From Candidatus Bathyarchaeota archaeon (GTDB lineage: Archaea > Thermoproteota > Bathyarchaeia > Bathyarchaeales > Bathycorpusculaceae): a DNA stretch of 64,000 nucleotides. The number at the start of each line of letters is the position of its first letter. Within the stretch, counting starts at the first letter, position 1. Where the stretch lies: NCBI GenBank assembly GCA_963702095.1, contig OY969706.1:2112001-2176000 (forward strand), given 5' to 3'. The position numbers and the translations under genes are program-made. Below the pieces are notes generated by a model. That model was not told where the DNA came from and did no database searches. It saw only the letters and a list, made by a program, of their open reading frames with translations. Positions 30,742 to 41,307 of this stretch are shown in pieces.

Positions 30742-30915
30742 TTGAGCAACAGAAAAAAAGATTTACCCATAAACGAAGCGGTTTCCGAAGACGTTGAGGT
30801 GGAACCCAAAGACCACACGGTCACCGTGCCCACAAAGGAAGGCATCAAGCATAAACCCGACACTCAAGAGGACCTCTACCATCGCAGGGAACGCCGCAGC
30901 AAACAGCATCTCTAA
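30742..30915 (+). CDS. Small hypothetical protein (57 aa)
   Basis: Strong GGAGGTGA RBS, TTTAAA-like TATA (CTTAAA) upstream. Confidence 0.6.
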   Translation: MSNRKKDLPINEAVSEDVEVEPKDHTVTVPTKEGIKHKPDTQEDLYHRRERRSKQHL

Positions 30916-31565
30916 GCCGCTTTCACGTGCAGGTTGGGTTTTGGCTGCGCAACCATGTGCCTTAGTGTTAGGGGAATAGCCAAATCCAAAGTGGCAATCA
31001 CGGCTATGAGTTCAAAACGCACACTTGAGGCAAGAGCAGCAGTGTCGACGAACACTTGGAAGTTCTGGGCGCCCGCCAACAGATTCATCGAACCCATCCC
31101 CAACGTGATCAGGGTCAGGGGAATGGCGGCGTAGAAGGATATTTTTTCTTTCATCTTATAGAGCAGAACATACGCGAATAGGAGTACAGGGGCATAGAAC
31201 GCAAACGCGCCAAGGATACCCAGAGGCCACCCCAAAGGGTTGAGTTCGATGGCTAAGCCTGTGACGTTTATGGCGTAGAAAGTTGTTATCATGTCATAGC
31301 TCCAAAACGCTAAGGCGACACCTTGAAAGGCAAAAAGCAGGTTGCGCCACTTATGGCTGTCTTGTGTTGCCGACGGGGGAGTTTTGAGTTTCAGGATGGC
31401 TATGCTTGCGGCGGGGATAAGCAGTATAAGCAGGTAGGTTAAGCCTAGCCAAGCGTCTCCCCCACGTATCAGCGCCGCCACGCTCAATATCCATATTAGC
31501 CCGGTGGCGACGAGAAAGCCCTGGGCTAAGCTTTTCAGTGAACCCACTATATTTTTTCTCCCCAC
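30912..31565 (-). CDS. Membrane protein (DUF5658-like C-terminal half)
   Basis: Six TMs; D..TT...ELNPLG motif. Confidence 0.6.
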   Translation of the reverse strand: MGRKNIVGSLKSLAQGFLVATGLIWILSVAALIRGGDAWLGLTYLLILLIPAASIAILKLKTPPSATQDSHKWRNLLFAFQGVALAFWSYDMITTFYAINVTGLAIELNPLGWPLGILGAFAFYAPVLLFAYVLLYKMKEKISFYAAIPLTLITLGMGSMNLLAGAQNFQVFVDTAALASSVRFELIAVIATLDLAIPLTLRHMVAQPKPNLHVKAA

Positions 31566-31688
31566 TTATTTGCCAATGGAAGCTAAGCTAATTAACTTTT
31601 ATTCCCCAGACCCACGCCTAAGCTTCTGTTCTACAGCGGAACAATTATAAGCGAACCCCCAGAACCCATAACTGACAGGCGAAGCAGC

Positions 31689-32144
31689 ATGATAAAAAAC
31701 GCTGTGTTGAAACATAGAAAACGTATAGCCCTCGTTGCGCATGACAACAAAAAAGAGGATATGATGCAGTGGGCAAAATACAATTTAGGCACATTGCAGA
31801 AGCATGACCTCTACGCCACGGGAACTACGGGGAGGCTGCTGCAGACAGAGTTGGGGTTGGAAATCCACAATTTGGAGTCCGGACCCTTAGGCGGCGACAT
31901 GCAGGTTGGCGCACGCATTGCAGACGGCGACATTGACTTTCTGATTTTCTTCTGGGATCCCCTTTCGCCTTTGCCCCATGACCCCGACGTGAAAGCGCTG
32001 TTGCGGGTAGCGGTAGTTTGGAACATACCCATCGCAATGAACCGGTCATCCGCCGACTTCATCATTTCGTCGCCGCTGATGTGTGAAGAATACATTCGCA
32101 AACTGCCAGACTACGAATGCTACAGGCACCGCTTAGACAAATAA
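31689..32144 (+). CDS. mgsA: Methylglyoxal synthase
   Basis: [32 protein letters not shown]...[11 protein letters not shown]. Confidence 0.96.
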   Translation: MIKNAVLKHRKRIALVAHDNKKEDMMQWAKYNLGTLQKHDLYATGTTGRLLQTELGLEIHNLESGPLGGDMQVGARIADGDIDFLIFFWDPLSPLPHDPDVKALLRVAVVWNIPIAMNRSSADFIISSPLMCEEYIRKLPDYECYRHRLDK

Positions 32145-32289
32145 TGGCTTAATTTTTGGTGTGATTGGGTACTCTCGATTGCTCGCGAAGGCTATTAAGC
32201 AGGCACTAAATATTGGGAAATACCTATCTCCAATTCGCAAAAACTAAAACATGAGCTAAATAACTAAATTAGAATAAAGAAAAATTGGT

Positions 32290-33147
32290 TTAAGCCGCTT
32301 TGGGCTTGGCTTTTTCTTGGACGATTGTTGCTTCTCTGTTGGCTTTGCGGATGATGTCTGCGATGGTTTCTTTGGTGGGTATGGCTGCGCCGACTGAGAG
32401 TGCAACTGCTTTCTGGTGGGCTGTCTGCAGTAGTGGCTTGATGGTTTCTTTGGTTGCATAACCGATGTGTATAGCCAATGCGAAGGCTTCTTGGTTGCTG
32501 GCTTCAACGCTGTGTTTGGTGGCTGCAACGTCAACGTGGAGTTGGTCGCCGTTAATCATCATGCCGTTGTCGAAGACCGCACGCATAGATATGCCCAACT
32601 CAACGGCTTTTATGCCGAGTTTGGAGAGGACACCGGCTAAGCGTTCGTTGATTGGTTCACCTCTGCGGACGACCAAGGTGTCTTTGCTGACCCAGACGCT
32701 GCCGTTTTCGATTTTAGTCGGTAAACCGACGGCGTTGAGTTGGCTGATGATGGGACCTGGAGGTTGACCTGTATTGCTGGATGGGACGACAACGTCGAAT
32801 GCTGCTATGTCGCCTGATTTCGCGGTGGTTTTAACTTTGCCCCGTTCCAGCAGTAGCGCCAGTTTGAAGGGGTTGAGGTCGGTGAATAGGAAAACGTTTG
32901 ATCCCTCCAAGTATTCCTCAAGCTTTTTGAGTTCCGCTTGGTTGAGTTCGTCAATGGCGAGTTTAATGAGTGTGTTTTTGAGGACTCGGAGGTAAACTTT
33001 GCCAGCCATGCTTTTCTTGAGTTCTTGCAACTGTGAAGCACGGACCTTTTTGAGGCTGGCGATGCCGACGGACTTGTATTCTTTGAATATGTCTTTGATT
33101 GCTGCTATTTCGCTTGATTTTTCGTCTAATACTTGTTGGGATGGCAT
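32290..33147 (-). CDS. rplJ: 50S ribosomal protein L10/P0
   Basis: KNTLI, NTGQPPGP, GLPTKIENG; follows L1. Confidence 0.95.
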   Translation of the reverse strand: MPSQQVLDEKSSEIAAIKDIFKEYKSVGIASLKKVRASQLQELKKSMAGKVYLRVLKNTLIKLAIDELNQAELKKLEEYLEGSNVFLFTDLNPFKLALLLERGKVKTTAKSGDIAAFDVVVPSSNTGQPPGPIISQLNAVGLPTKIENGSVWVSKDTLVVRRGEPINERLAGVLSKLGIKAVELGISMRAVFDNGMMINGDQLHVDVAATKHSVEASNQEAFALAIHIGYATKETIKPLLQTAHQKAVALSVGAAIPTKETIADIIRKANREATIVQEKAKPKAA

Positions 33148-33164
33148 GATATTTCGTCTCTTGT

Positions 33165-33816
33165 TTAAGCTTTAATTTTGACTGGTTCACCCATGGATGT
33201 CTTGATGAAAACGTACTTTACGTTTTTGAAGGCCACGCTTGAGCTTTCCATCTAAGGCACGGAGAACAGTCATGGTGTTTTCAACTATTTCTTCATCCTT
33301 CATCTGTTCTTGACCAACAGGAACTTGGATGATTGGTTGAGCACGCATCCTCACAAGCACTGTTTTGCGGTGTTTCGCAATCAGGGCTGTTAGGTCAGCG
33401 TTTGGTGGAACTGGAATAGGCATTTTTCCTCTTGGACCCAGAACTGGACCGAGGATTTTACCTACCAACGGCATCAACGGCAATTCGCAGATGAAAACGT
33501 CGTAGTCGCTGGCTAGTTTACGCAGGTCCTTCTTTTTACCGTTTAATGAATCTAAGTCTGCGCGTTCGATGACTCTTTCAGCTTGAGAGCTCTTAGCTTT
33601 AACTATAAAGTCTCCGCTCGAAGCAACAACACAGACCCTGTTAGGTTTGCCCACATGTGGCAACTCCACTATTTCTTGGATTTTGCCTTCTGGAGCCTTC
33701 ATGTCTATTTCGATGATGTCGAGTATTAAATCAACTGTCTGGTTGAATTTTTTCTGACCAGACTTCGCTTTTGCCTGTTTAACTGCTTCTGTGATGGTTT
33801 TGTTGTCTAGGGGCAT
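33165..33816 (-). CDS. rplA: 50S ribosomal protein L1 (1-nt frameshift near 33232, probable assembly error)
   Basis: KFNQTVDL, LGPRGKMP; removing one C restores KNVKYVFIKTSMGEPVKIKA*. Confidence 0.93.
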
Positions 33817-33871
33817 TTTTAAGCCTCGTGCCAATGAGGGATAAGAAACCCATTATAAAAATATTCGCTTA

Positions 33872-34363
33872 TCATTGTTGGCTACCGAATAGGGTTTCAT
33901 AGTTGCCAGCATCGATGTCTTTCTGGACTTCTCGGGGGTCTTTGCCTTCAACAGTGACGCCTAAGCTAACGCAGGTACCCAGCAACTCTTTAGTTGCATC
34001 CTTAATGTTGGATGCTAAAAGCTGCGGAGCCTTGATTTTGGCTATCTTCACCATCTGATCCATGGATAAGTCGCCGACTTTAACGGTGTTGGGTGTACCG
34101 GATCCTTTCTCTATCTTTAATTCAGCAACAAGAAGAGCGGATGAAGTAGGTGTACCGACGGTGACCTCGAAGGTTTTGTCTTCGGTATCAACACTGATTT
34201 TCACGGGAACCTTCATGCCAGCGTATTCTTTGGTGATTTCATTGATTTTGTTGACGATAGCAACTATGTTGACGCCTAAGGGGCCAAGAGCCGGACCCAA
34301 TGGTGGACCCGCGTTGGCTTGTCCGCCGTTGACAATTAATTCTACGACTTTTTTCTCTGACAT
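33872..34363 (-). CDS. rplK: 50S ribosomal protein L11
   Basis: GGQANAGPPLGPALGPLGVN, GMKVPVK. Confidence 0.97.
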   Translation of the reverse strand: MSEKKVVELIVNGGQANAGPPLGPALGPLGVNIVAIVNKINEITKEYAGMKVPVKISVDTEDKTFEVTVGTPTSSALLVAELKIEKGSGTPNTVKVGDLSMDQMVKIAKIKAPQLLASNIKDATKELLGTCVSLGVTVEGKDPREVQKDIDAGNYETLFGSQQ

Positions 34364-34374
34364 ATTGTTTCACT

Positions 34375-34848
34375 TTATGCTTTTGCTTTTTCTACTAGTT
34401 TTACATAGTCTGAATGTACTGTGATGGGCAAAGTGAAGGTTGCTTCGAGGAGTTCGAGCGTAACTTCGCCTTTGGATTTGTCGAGCCGCGTGATTTTGGC
34501 GCGCATACCTTTGAATGGTCCACCAGTGATTTCGACAACGTCTTCTTCGTTGAGGTCTTCCATGACTGGTTTGCGGACGATGTAGCGTTCAATTTCGTTG
34601 AAGCTGATGAGTCCGGGTATTCGGCTGCGAACGTGACGGACGCCTTGTATGGCTTCTTCGACGAGGTGTGGTCCATCTGCTTCTATGAACACATAGCCTT
34701 TTAGGGTGTCTGGGACAAGAAGAGCTTTGATTGGAATATGGGTCATCTCGACTTTTGACGCGATTAACCGTGCAACGTTGCGTTCTTGCCCTGTGGTGGT
34801 TTTTACCGCGAAAATCTTCACTGGTGAAAGCTCTTCTTTTTTGTCCAT
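34375..34848 (-). CDS. spt5: Transcription elongation factor Spt5
   Basis: FAVKTTTGQE, KGYVFIEA, KOW VEITGGPFKG. Confidence 0.96.
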   Translation of the reverse strand: MDKKEELSPVKIFAVKTTTGQERNVARLIASKVEMTHIPIKALLVPDTLKGYVFIEADGPHLVEEAIQGVRHVRSRIPGLISFNEIERYIVRKPVMEDLNEEDVVEITGGPFKGMRAKITRLDKSKGEVTLELLEATFTLPITVHSDYVKLVEKAKA

Positions 34849-34861
34849 AAGCGTTTGCCTT

Positions 34862-35038
34862 CTAAGCTGATGCTCCGCCAAGAGCGAATGATATGAGTTT
34901 AATGACGAAACCTATCAAGCCGATTACTCCTATGCCTAATGCGCTAATTTTAATGGAGAGCCACAGCTCTTCGCGTCCGGGTTTAACGGCTAGCTTCATC
35001 GTTCTTGCTGCCTGTTGTAGCCAAGATTTAATTCCCAT
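34862..35038 (-). CDS. secE: Protein translocase SecE/Sec61-gamma (not in ORF track)
   Basis: MGIKSWLQQAARTMKLAVKPGREELWLSIKISALGIGVIGLIGFVIKLI; conserved position upstream of spt5. Confidence 0.92.
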   Translation of the reverse strand: MGIKSWLQQAARTMKLAVKPGREELWLSIKISALGIGVIGLIGFVIKLISFALGGASA

Positions 35039-35201
35039 TTTTACCGCACCTTCAAGATTTCACTTAGATATAATAAATGTTACTGTAAGTTTTGGGCTTA
35101 AAAGGCTACTCTATAGAGGCTATTAAACATTTATGTTACTATAGAATTAGCATTTACAAACAGTTTTATAACCTTAAAAACATAATTAAGCTATTAAAAG
35201 A

Positions 35202-35711
35202 GTGCCTTACCTAATGCAGAGAGTAATCGGTATCACCTTACTTATTATAGTAGCGATTATTATTGCAGTTGAAGCAGTTGTTTTTCTTCACATTGCAAGA
35301 CTGCCCTTTGTACAAGTTAATCTGTTTGGATATTCCCAATCTTTAACGCATTGGATCAGTTGGGCAGGCACCCTATACATAGCCATTACAACCCCCATTT
35401 TGACCATCGTCAAATACCGAGCGCCAAAGCGGTATGCGGCAACCCGTAACGCCCACATGATTGGAAACTTGGTGGCTGTGCTACTAGTTTCAATTCATTT
35501 TGCACATCAAGTCACTCGACCCGCTGCTTTCTACCCAGAATTAGGCACAGGAATAGTGCTCTACACAACGATGGTTCTGTTGGTAGCCACAGGCATCATC
35601 ATGTCCACGGGATTAGCGGCGAGAGCCCATAAACAGATACGGTTTTTCCATCCAGCATTCGCAATAACATTCTACATGGTCATTATCCTGCATATAATTC
35701 AGGGATTATAG
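35202..35711 (+). CDS. Membrane protein with His-bearing TM helices
   Basis: About five TMs with H..G, SIHF, FHP, LHI. Confidence 0.65.
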   Translation: MPYLMQRVIGITLLIIVAIIIAVEAVVFLHIARLPFVQVNLFGYSQSLTHWISWAGTLYIAITTPILTIVKYRAPKRYAATRNAHMIGNLVAVLLVSIHFAHQVTRPAAFYPELGTGIVLYTTMVLLVATGIIMSTGLAARAHKQIRFFHPAFAITFYMVIILHIIQGL

Positions 35712-35721
35712 GCTGGGCTAT

Positions 35722-36564
35722 TTAGACTCGCCTGTAGGGTAACTGTGCTTTTTCAAGCGCAGCCAGTAACGATGGTTTATCTTCGCTTCGGATGCCCTTC
35801 CAATCCAGCAACGCCAAATGCACCTTCTCAAAAGTCCTCTCCATACACTGCTTAACCATAGCGGCATCTATGTTTGGAACGGCGTATTTAGGAATCATGT
35901 GTCCAAAAGCGGCTGCTCCAACCAGCGCCATTGTGGTGAATTTCTGGTTGTAGTGGGTACCGCCTATGCCTAAAACCGCTGACGGGGTGGACTCTTTGAA
36001 GGTTGCGATGGCGGTCATGGCGCTGTGTGCAACTGCCTCAGCGGCTTTGACGTCGCTCCACTGTGCGGGTGAACTGCCCAACTCAACAAACATTGTGGGA
36101 ACATTTAGGCTGGGTCCGTGATGAGTGCATTCATAGGAAACTTCATAATCAAACACCAACGACAGCGGCTCTTTGTAGTGCACCATGGCTTTTAGCGCGG
36201 TTTGCATGGCGAGGGCAGGCGCAACCGAGACTGTTTTGGGGGCTCCGCCGAGTTCTGCTGCGCCAAAGTTTCCAGGTGTGTGGACGGAGAGGGTGGGTTT
36301 GCCGCTTTGGCTACTGTGCCTTGAGATAAAAACGATAAACTTGGCAGCTGGGAACTTTTGGGGTAAATCTTGGGCTGTCACGGATTCACGGTTCAAGGTC
36401 ACAAGGGTTACTTCTTTGCCGTTAACGTCAGCCTCGTAAACTGGGTTGTCCTCGAAAACTTCAGTGCTCTCTTGGAAGATGTAGTTTTTGAGGAGTTGTT
36501 CTTTGATGTTTAAGCTTGCAGAGTCCTTGTTGGATGAGACGAGCAATATCATGCCTTTACCCAC
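35722..36564 (-). CDS. dtdA: D-aminoacyl-tRNA deacylase (DTD2)
   Basis: SRHSS, SVHTPGN, ECTHHGP, FVELGS, GGTHY. Confidence 0.93.
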   Translation of the reverse strand: MGKGMILLVSSNKDSASLNIKEQLLKNYIFQESTEVFEDNPVYEADVNGKEVTLVTLNRESVTAQDLPQKFPAAKFIVFISRHSSQSGKPTLSVHTPGNFGAAELGGAPKTVSVAPALAMQTALKAMVHYKEPLSLVFDYEVSYECTHHGPSLNVPTMFVELGSSPAQWSDVKAAEAVAHSAMTAIATFKESTPSAVLGIGGTHYNQKFTTMALVGAAAFGHMIPKYAVPNIDAAMVKQCMERTFEKVHLALLDWKGIRSEDKPSLLAALEKAQLPYRRV

Positions 36565-36653
36565 AGGTATGGTCAGTGTTGGTGCGGAAAAAGTTTTTGC
36601 ATAAAGCTTATTATTGCATGGCTGATTGAACCATCGTTGAAGGCATAGAAAAG

Positions 36654-37562
36654 ATGCATTTGCTTAACTTCAAAGAACTCTCAGGCAAAGACCTCGCAGA
36701 CCTCGTCGATTTAGGCTTAGAAGTAAAGCATAACCCCAAAAAGTACCTTAAAACCTACGAGGGCAAATCGGCTGCCTTGGTTTTCCAGAAAACCAGCACC
36801 CGCACCCGCGTGAGCTTCGAAGTAGCCATGACACAGCTAGGCGGCCACGCACTCTACATCGACTGGCGCACCACCAACTTCACATTAGCCGACGTCTCCG
36901 ACGAAATCAGGTACCTATCCCGCAACGTCGACTGCATCATGGCACGGCTGCTCTACCACTCTGACCTCCAAAAGATGGCGGCAGCTTCCCGCGTCCCAGT
37001 CATTAACGGTTGCGACGACATGTATCATCCTAGCCAAGCGCTAGCGGACTTAATCACCATCAAAGAGAAACATGGTAAACTTGAAGGCGCCAAACTCGTC
37101 TACATAGGCGTCCACAACAACGTTACCAACAGCCTCATCGAAGCCTGCACCAAAACAGGCGTCAAATTGACTACGGTGACGCCGATTTTCAACGAAGCAG
37201 CCAGAGATGAAGCGCTTTTGGTTGAAGCGGAGAAAACTGGGCTTTGGGAAAGCACCTTAGACGTTAAAAAGGCAGTTGAGGATGCAGATTTAGTTTACAC
37301 TGACACATGGATTGACATGGAGTTCTTCACCGACCCCAAATTCGCCGTGGAGAAAGAGAAGCGCATCAAGTTGATGATGCCCTACCAAATCAACGCCGAA
37401 CTGCTCAATGGGAGCGACGCCTACATCATGCATGACATGCCTATCCACCGCGGCTACGAAATCACCGCAGGAGCTATCAACAATCCCAAGTCAGTGATTT
37501 TTGAGCAGGCAGAAAACCGGTTGTATTCGGCAAAGGCTATACTTCTGACGTTAATACGATAG
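36654..37562 (+). CDS. argF: Ornithine carbamoyltransferase
   Basis: STRTRVSFE, HPSQALAD, YTDTW, QAENR. Confidence 0.9.
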   Translation: MHLLNFKELSGKDLADLVDLGLEVKHNPKKYLKTYEGKSAALVFQKTSTRTRVSFEVAMTQLGGHALYIDWRTTNFTLADVSDEIRYLSRNVDCIMARLLYHSDLQKMAAASRVPVINGCDDMYHPSQALADLITIKEKHGKLEGAKLVYIGVHNNVTNSLIEACTKTGVKLTTVTPIFNEAARDEALLVEAEKTGLWESTLDVKKAVEDADLVYTDTWIDMEFFTDPKFAVEKEKRIKLMMPYQINAELLNGSDAYIMHDMPIHRGYEITAGAINNPKSVIFEQAENRLYSAKAILLTLIR

Positions 37563-37675
37563 AACCGCAAGAAGAGGGATTTCTATAAGAAAACGGTAAC
37601 CTCACGGGTTTTCCTGAAAAAGGTTAAACCCTTGACCTTTCATATTTATTCATAGCAGTTTTTGGTGACATAACC

Positions 37676-38511
37676 TTGGGTTTAGAACAAGAAGCAGAAA
37701 CCGAACAGACACAGACAGAGAAAACAAGCGCGCCAGCACCCAGCCGCTCAATCTGGTCAGGCTCAATCACAATTGGACTCGTCAACGTCCCAGTCAAACT
37801 TTACTCGATGATTTACGATAAAGGCATCGCATTCCATTTCCTGCACAAAACCGACGGTCAACCAATCAAGTATGTGAAAGTCTGTGTTAAAGAAGACAAA
37901 GTCGTGCCTTGGAACGAGATTGCTAGGGGTTACCAAGTCTCCAAAGACGAGTACTTGCTGTTTGATAAAAGCGAGTTGGATGCTGTTCGCCCCGAATCGG
38001 ACAAGCGTATTCGCATCAGTAAATTCGTCGATTATTTCTCAGTAGACCCCATTTACTTTGACCGCACCTATGCATTGTTGCCAGACAAAAGCAAAGACGC
38101 CTACAGCCTGCTACTCAATGCGCTGGAGAAAACCAACAAGGCGGGGCCGGGCGAATTACCTTGCGTACTAAAGAGTACCCGGCGTTGCTGCATACTTACA
38201 AGGGTGCATTGGTTCTTACGACGCTGCGGTATGCCTATGACGTGGTGGACCCCCATGATTTTGATAAACTTCAGAAGTTACCTGAGCCCCAGAAAGCCGA
38301 AGAGGACTTAGCCGTCAAAATCGTCAAGGACCTCTCAGGCGACTTCGACATCGCCGAATTCAAAGACACCTACATGGAGCGGGTGCAAGAACTCGTAGAC
38401 CAAAAGTTGAAGGGTGAAAAAATCCATGTGGAGAAACCGCCAGAAGTAGAAGCTAAAGGACTCATGGTTGCACTGCGGGATACGCTTAAGCAGCTGGAAC
38501 AGCAGAAATGA
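37676..38511 (+). CDS. ku: Ku protein, split by a 1-nt frameshift at about 38145
   Basis: RSIWSGSITIGLVNVPVKLY, VDPIYFDRTY; one extra G gives AGAGRITLRTKE...FKDTY...LMVALRDTL. Confidence 0.9.
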
Positions 38512-39986
38512 GCCGAAGCCACCACTACAAACCCATGCTTGCAAAAGCTACAGAGCAAGCGTTTACGGATAGCGACTGGATTTTTGAGGTTAAATGGGAT
38601 GGTTTCCGTGCAATCACCTATATCGAGGAGCCATTAAGCATCCAAAGCCGCAACGGCAAAGAACTTAAACAAAACTTCCCCGAACTCGAACAACTTACTC
38701 ATCTTGCAAGCAACATCGTGGTGGACGGCGAAATCGTCGTCATGCAGGAAGGCACCCCCGACTTCCAAACCTTGCTCAAACGCGGCCAAGCAGTCTCCAA
38801 AGGCGAAATCCAGCGACAAGCCCAGCGCGCCCCCGCAGTCTACATCGTCTTTGACATTCTCGAAAAAGACGGCAACCCCCTCACCCAAATGCCGCTTACA
38901 GAGCGCAAAACCATCCTAAAAGACAGCCTCAAAGAAGGCGCCAACGTAGTCCTCTGCGACTACATCGAAGAAAAAGGCGAAGACTACTTCGGGCTGGTTT
39001 TACAGAAGGGCCTGGAGGGAGTGGTGGCGAAACGCAAAGACAGCCGCTATGAGGAAGGCTTGCGGACAGGGAATTGGCTAAAGATTAAGAAGCTAAAAAC
39101 CTGCGACTGCATCATCTTCGGCTACACCCATGGCCAAAATGTTCGCCAAGAAACCTTTGGCGCCCTGCTCTTGGGGCTCTACAACCAAAAAAAGCAGTCG
39201 GTCTACGTTGGCAAGGTAGGCACAGGCTTCACCGAGCAAATGCTCCGCCTCCTCATGGATAAATTCGAAAAAATAATCACTAAGGAACCACCGTTCAGAG
39301 CCGAGAGCGGCGACGTAGTCACGTGGCTGCAGCCCAAACTCGTTTGCGAGGTCGCTTATCAAGTTGTAACAAAGGATGGAAGGTTGAGAATGGCACGTTT
39401 CAAACGGTTAAGAGACGATAAACCCCCAGAACAATGCACCATAGACCAATTGACGCAGGTCCAACCCAAAACTGAGACGCCCGTGGCACCCCAAAATCCA
39501 AAACAAGCCGAGCTACCAGCAGACGAAAAACTCTCCCAATATGCCTCCAAACGCAACTTCCAAGAAACCCCCGAACCCAAAGGCACCAAAGAAAACAAAG
39601 AACCCCTAATCTACGTCATACAAGAACACAACGCCCGACGCCTCCACTGGGACCTCCGACTTGAAAACGGCGGCGTCCTGAAAAGCTGGGCGGTTCCCAA
39701 AGGTATCCCCGAAGAAACTAAAGTGCGCCACTTAGCTGTGGAAACTGAAGACCACCCCTATGAATACGCCAGTTTCGAAGGCACAATTCCCAAGGGGCAA
39801 TACGGTGCTGGGACAGTGAAAATCTGGGATAAGGGGCATTATGAGGCTAAAGTTTGGGAGAAAGACAAAATAGAAGTAAGGCTTGACGGCGAACGCCTGC
39901 ACGGGAACTACGTTTTGGTGCGGCTCAAGAAGTCTGAGAACCAGAAGGATTGGTTGCTGCTCAAGGGAAAAGACAGCCATGGCTAA
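38508..39986 (+). CDS. ligD: LigD-type ATP-dependent DNA ligase with C-terminal 3'-phosphoesterase domain
   Basis: EVKWDGFR, VDGE, FDIL, EGVVAK, WLKIK, GKVGTGF; PE: KRNF..TPEP, QEH.ARRLHWDLRLE, SWAVPKG, TEDHP, YGAG.V.IWD. Confidence 0.93.
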   Translation: MSRSHHYKPMLAKATEQAFTDSDWIFEVKWDGFRAITYIEEPLSIQSRNGKELKQNFPELEQLTHLASNIVVDGEIVVMQEGTPDFQTLLKRGQAVSKGEIQRQAQRAPAVYIVFDILEKDGNPLTQMPLTERKTILKDSLKEGANVVLCDYIEEKGEDYFGLVLQKGLEGVVAKRKDSRYEEGLRTGNWLKIKKLKTCDCIIFGYTHGQNVRQETFGALLLGLYNQKKQSVYVGKVGTGFTEQMLRLLMDKFEKIITKEPPFRAESGDVVTWLQPKLVCEVAYQVVTKDGRLRMARFKRLRDDKPPEQCTIDQLTQVQPKTETPVAPQNPKQAELPADEKLSQYASKRNFQETPEPKGTKENKEPLIYVIQEHNARRLHWDLRLENGGVLKSWAVPKGIPEETKVRHLAVETEDHPYEYASFEGTIPKGQYGAGTVKIWDKGHYEAKVWEKDKIEVRLDGERLHGNYVLVRLKKSENQKDWLLLKGKDSHG

Positions 39987-40803
39987 GCTGCATTTGGGGA
40001 CAATTGGGTGGAGCTACAACTTTTGGAAGGGCAGTTTCTACCCCGCCAAAACCGCGTCGAAGGATTTCTTGGCCTACTATGCCACCCAATTCAACACAGT
40101 AGAAGTGGACAGCACATTCTACCGCAACCCCACAGAACAAACCGTCAAAAACTGGCATGCCGTCGTCCCCGCGGGCTTCTTGTTTTCGCTAAAGTTTCCA
40201 CAACTCATCACCCATGTCCTGATGCTTAGGAACTGCCAGCCCCAAACCGACGCCTTCCTCGACCGCGTTGATCTTTTGGGGGAAAAGCTGGGTCCCCTGT
40301 TGCTCCAGTTTCCGCCCGCCTTCGCCGCAGACCACTTCTCAGACTTAGCCGATTACTTGCATAAGCTGCCTAAATGGCACCGCTATGTGGTTGAAGTACG
40401 GAACAAATCGTGGCTAACTCCGGAATTCTTTGGTCTTCTGCGTGATAGTGGAGTGGTTTTGGCTTGGGCGGATAGTGCGTTGATGGCTGAGTGTCGGGAG
40501 GTTACGGGGGATTTCTTGTATATGCGTTGGGAAGGCGACCGAGCGGCGGTGGTGGGGACTTTGGGCAAAATTGAGGTTGACAAAGCTGTGGATAGGGCAC
40601 GTTGGGCTGCAATTCTCAAGCCCTATCTTGAAAAGATAGAGGTTTTCGGATACTTCGCCAAATACTACTCGGGATTCCCGCCCCAAGACATCGCAGCCAC
40701 GTCTTCACTATTGGGTGCCCAGCCTAAAGCAGTCCAAGCCCTAAAGGAGAAACAAAACAGCTATTATCAGGCTGCTTCTAAAATCAAGTTAAAAGATGAG
40801 TGA
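39979..40803 (+). CDS. DUF72 (YecE) family protein
   Basis: GTIGWSY..W...FYP, VEVDSTFY, GPLLLQFPP, VEVRN.SW. Confidence 0.9.
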   Translation: MAKLHLGTIGWSYNFWKGSFYPAKTASKDFLAYYATQFNTVEVDSTFYRNPTEQTVKNWHAVVPAGFLFSLKFPQLITHVLMLRNCQPQTDAFLDRVDLLGEKLGPLLLQFPPAFAADHFSDLADYLHKLPKWHRYVVEVRNKSWLTPEFFGLLRDSGVVLAWADSALMAECREVTGDFLYMRWEGDRAAVVGTLGKIEVDKAVDRARWAAILKPYLEKIEVFGYFAKYYSGFPPQDIAATSSLLGAQPKAVQALKEKQNSYYQAASKIKLKDE

Positions 40804-41291
40804 AAATGAACATAGACAAGCTCTGGCAGTTAGCAACGCCTATCTTGGAGAAAAACGACTTCGGCATTTCGCACACCCAGCGAGTCTTCAACATAGCCAA
40901 ACAACACTTCCCCGTAAAAGCGGAACTCCAAAACTTAACCTACGCCTCCATAATCCTACATGACATCGGCGGTTGCACAATCAAAGAACAATACGAGAAA
41001 GGACCTCTAATCGCCGCCGAACTCCTCAAACAACTAAACTGTCCAGATGACTTCATCGGGCAAGTCTGCGACATAGTTGGCTCGCACCATGACCACCCAG
41101 ACAACCCATCGGAACCCTTCAGGGCACTCTATGATGCCGATAAACTGGTTATGTTCACAGCCGAGGAGTATCCCTACTATAATGCACGGGAAGGGTTTGA
41201 CTGGGACAAGATTGTGGCGTTGATTTACACGCAAAAGGGCAGAAAGCTTGCCGAGGAATGGTTGGCGCAGAGAAGAAAGAGCAGGGCATAA
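40800..41291 (+). CDS. HD-domain phosphohydrolase
   Basis: SHTQRV, LHDIG, SHH, DADKL. Confidence 0.85.
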   Translation: MKMNIDKLWQLATPILEKNDFGISHTQRVFNIAKQHFPVKAELQNLTYASIILHDIGGCTIKEQYEKGPLIAAELLKQLNCPDDFIGQVCDIVGSHHDHPDNPSEPFRALYDADKLVMFTAEEYPYYNAREGFDWDKIVALIYTQKGRKLAEEWLAQRRKSRA

Positions 41292-41307
41292 GGTGAAGGC
41301 GGCAGCG

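Noticed and set aside
33165-33260. Programmed frameshifting or recoding in rplA, sec11 or ku
   Set aside because: These are single-base indels at short homopolymers in conserved genes, with no consistent slippery motif; sequencing or assembly error is more parsimonious.
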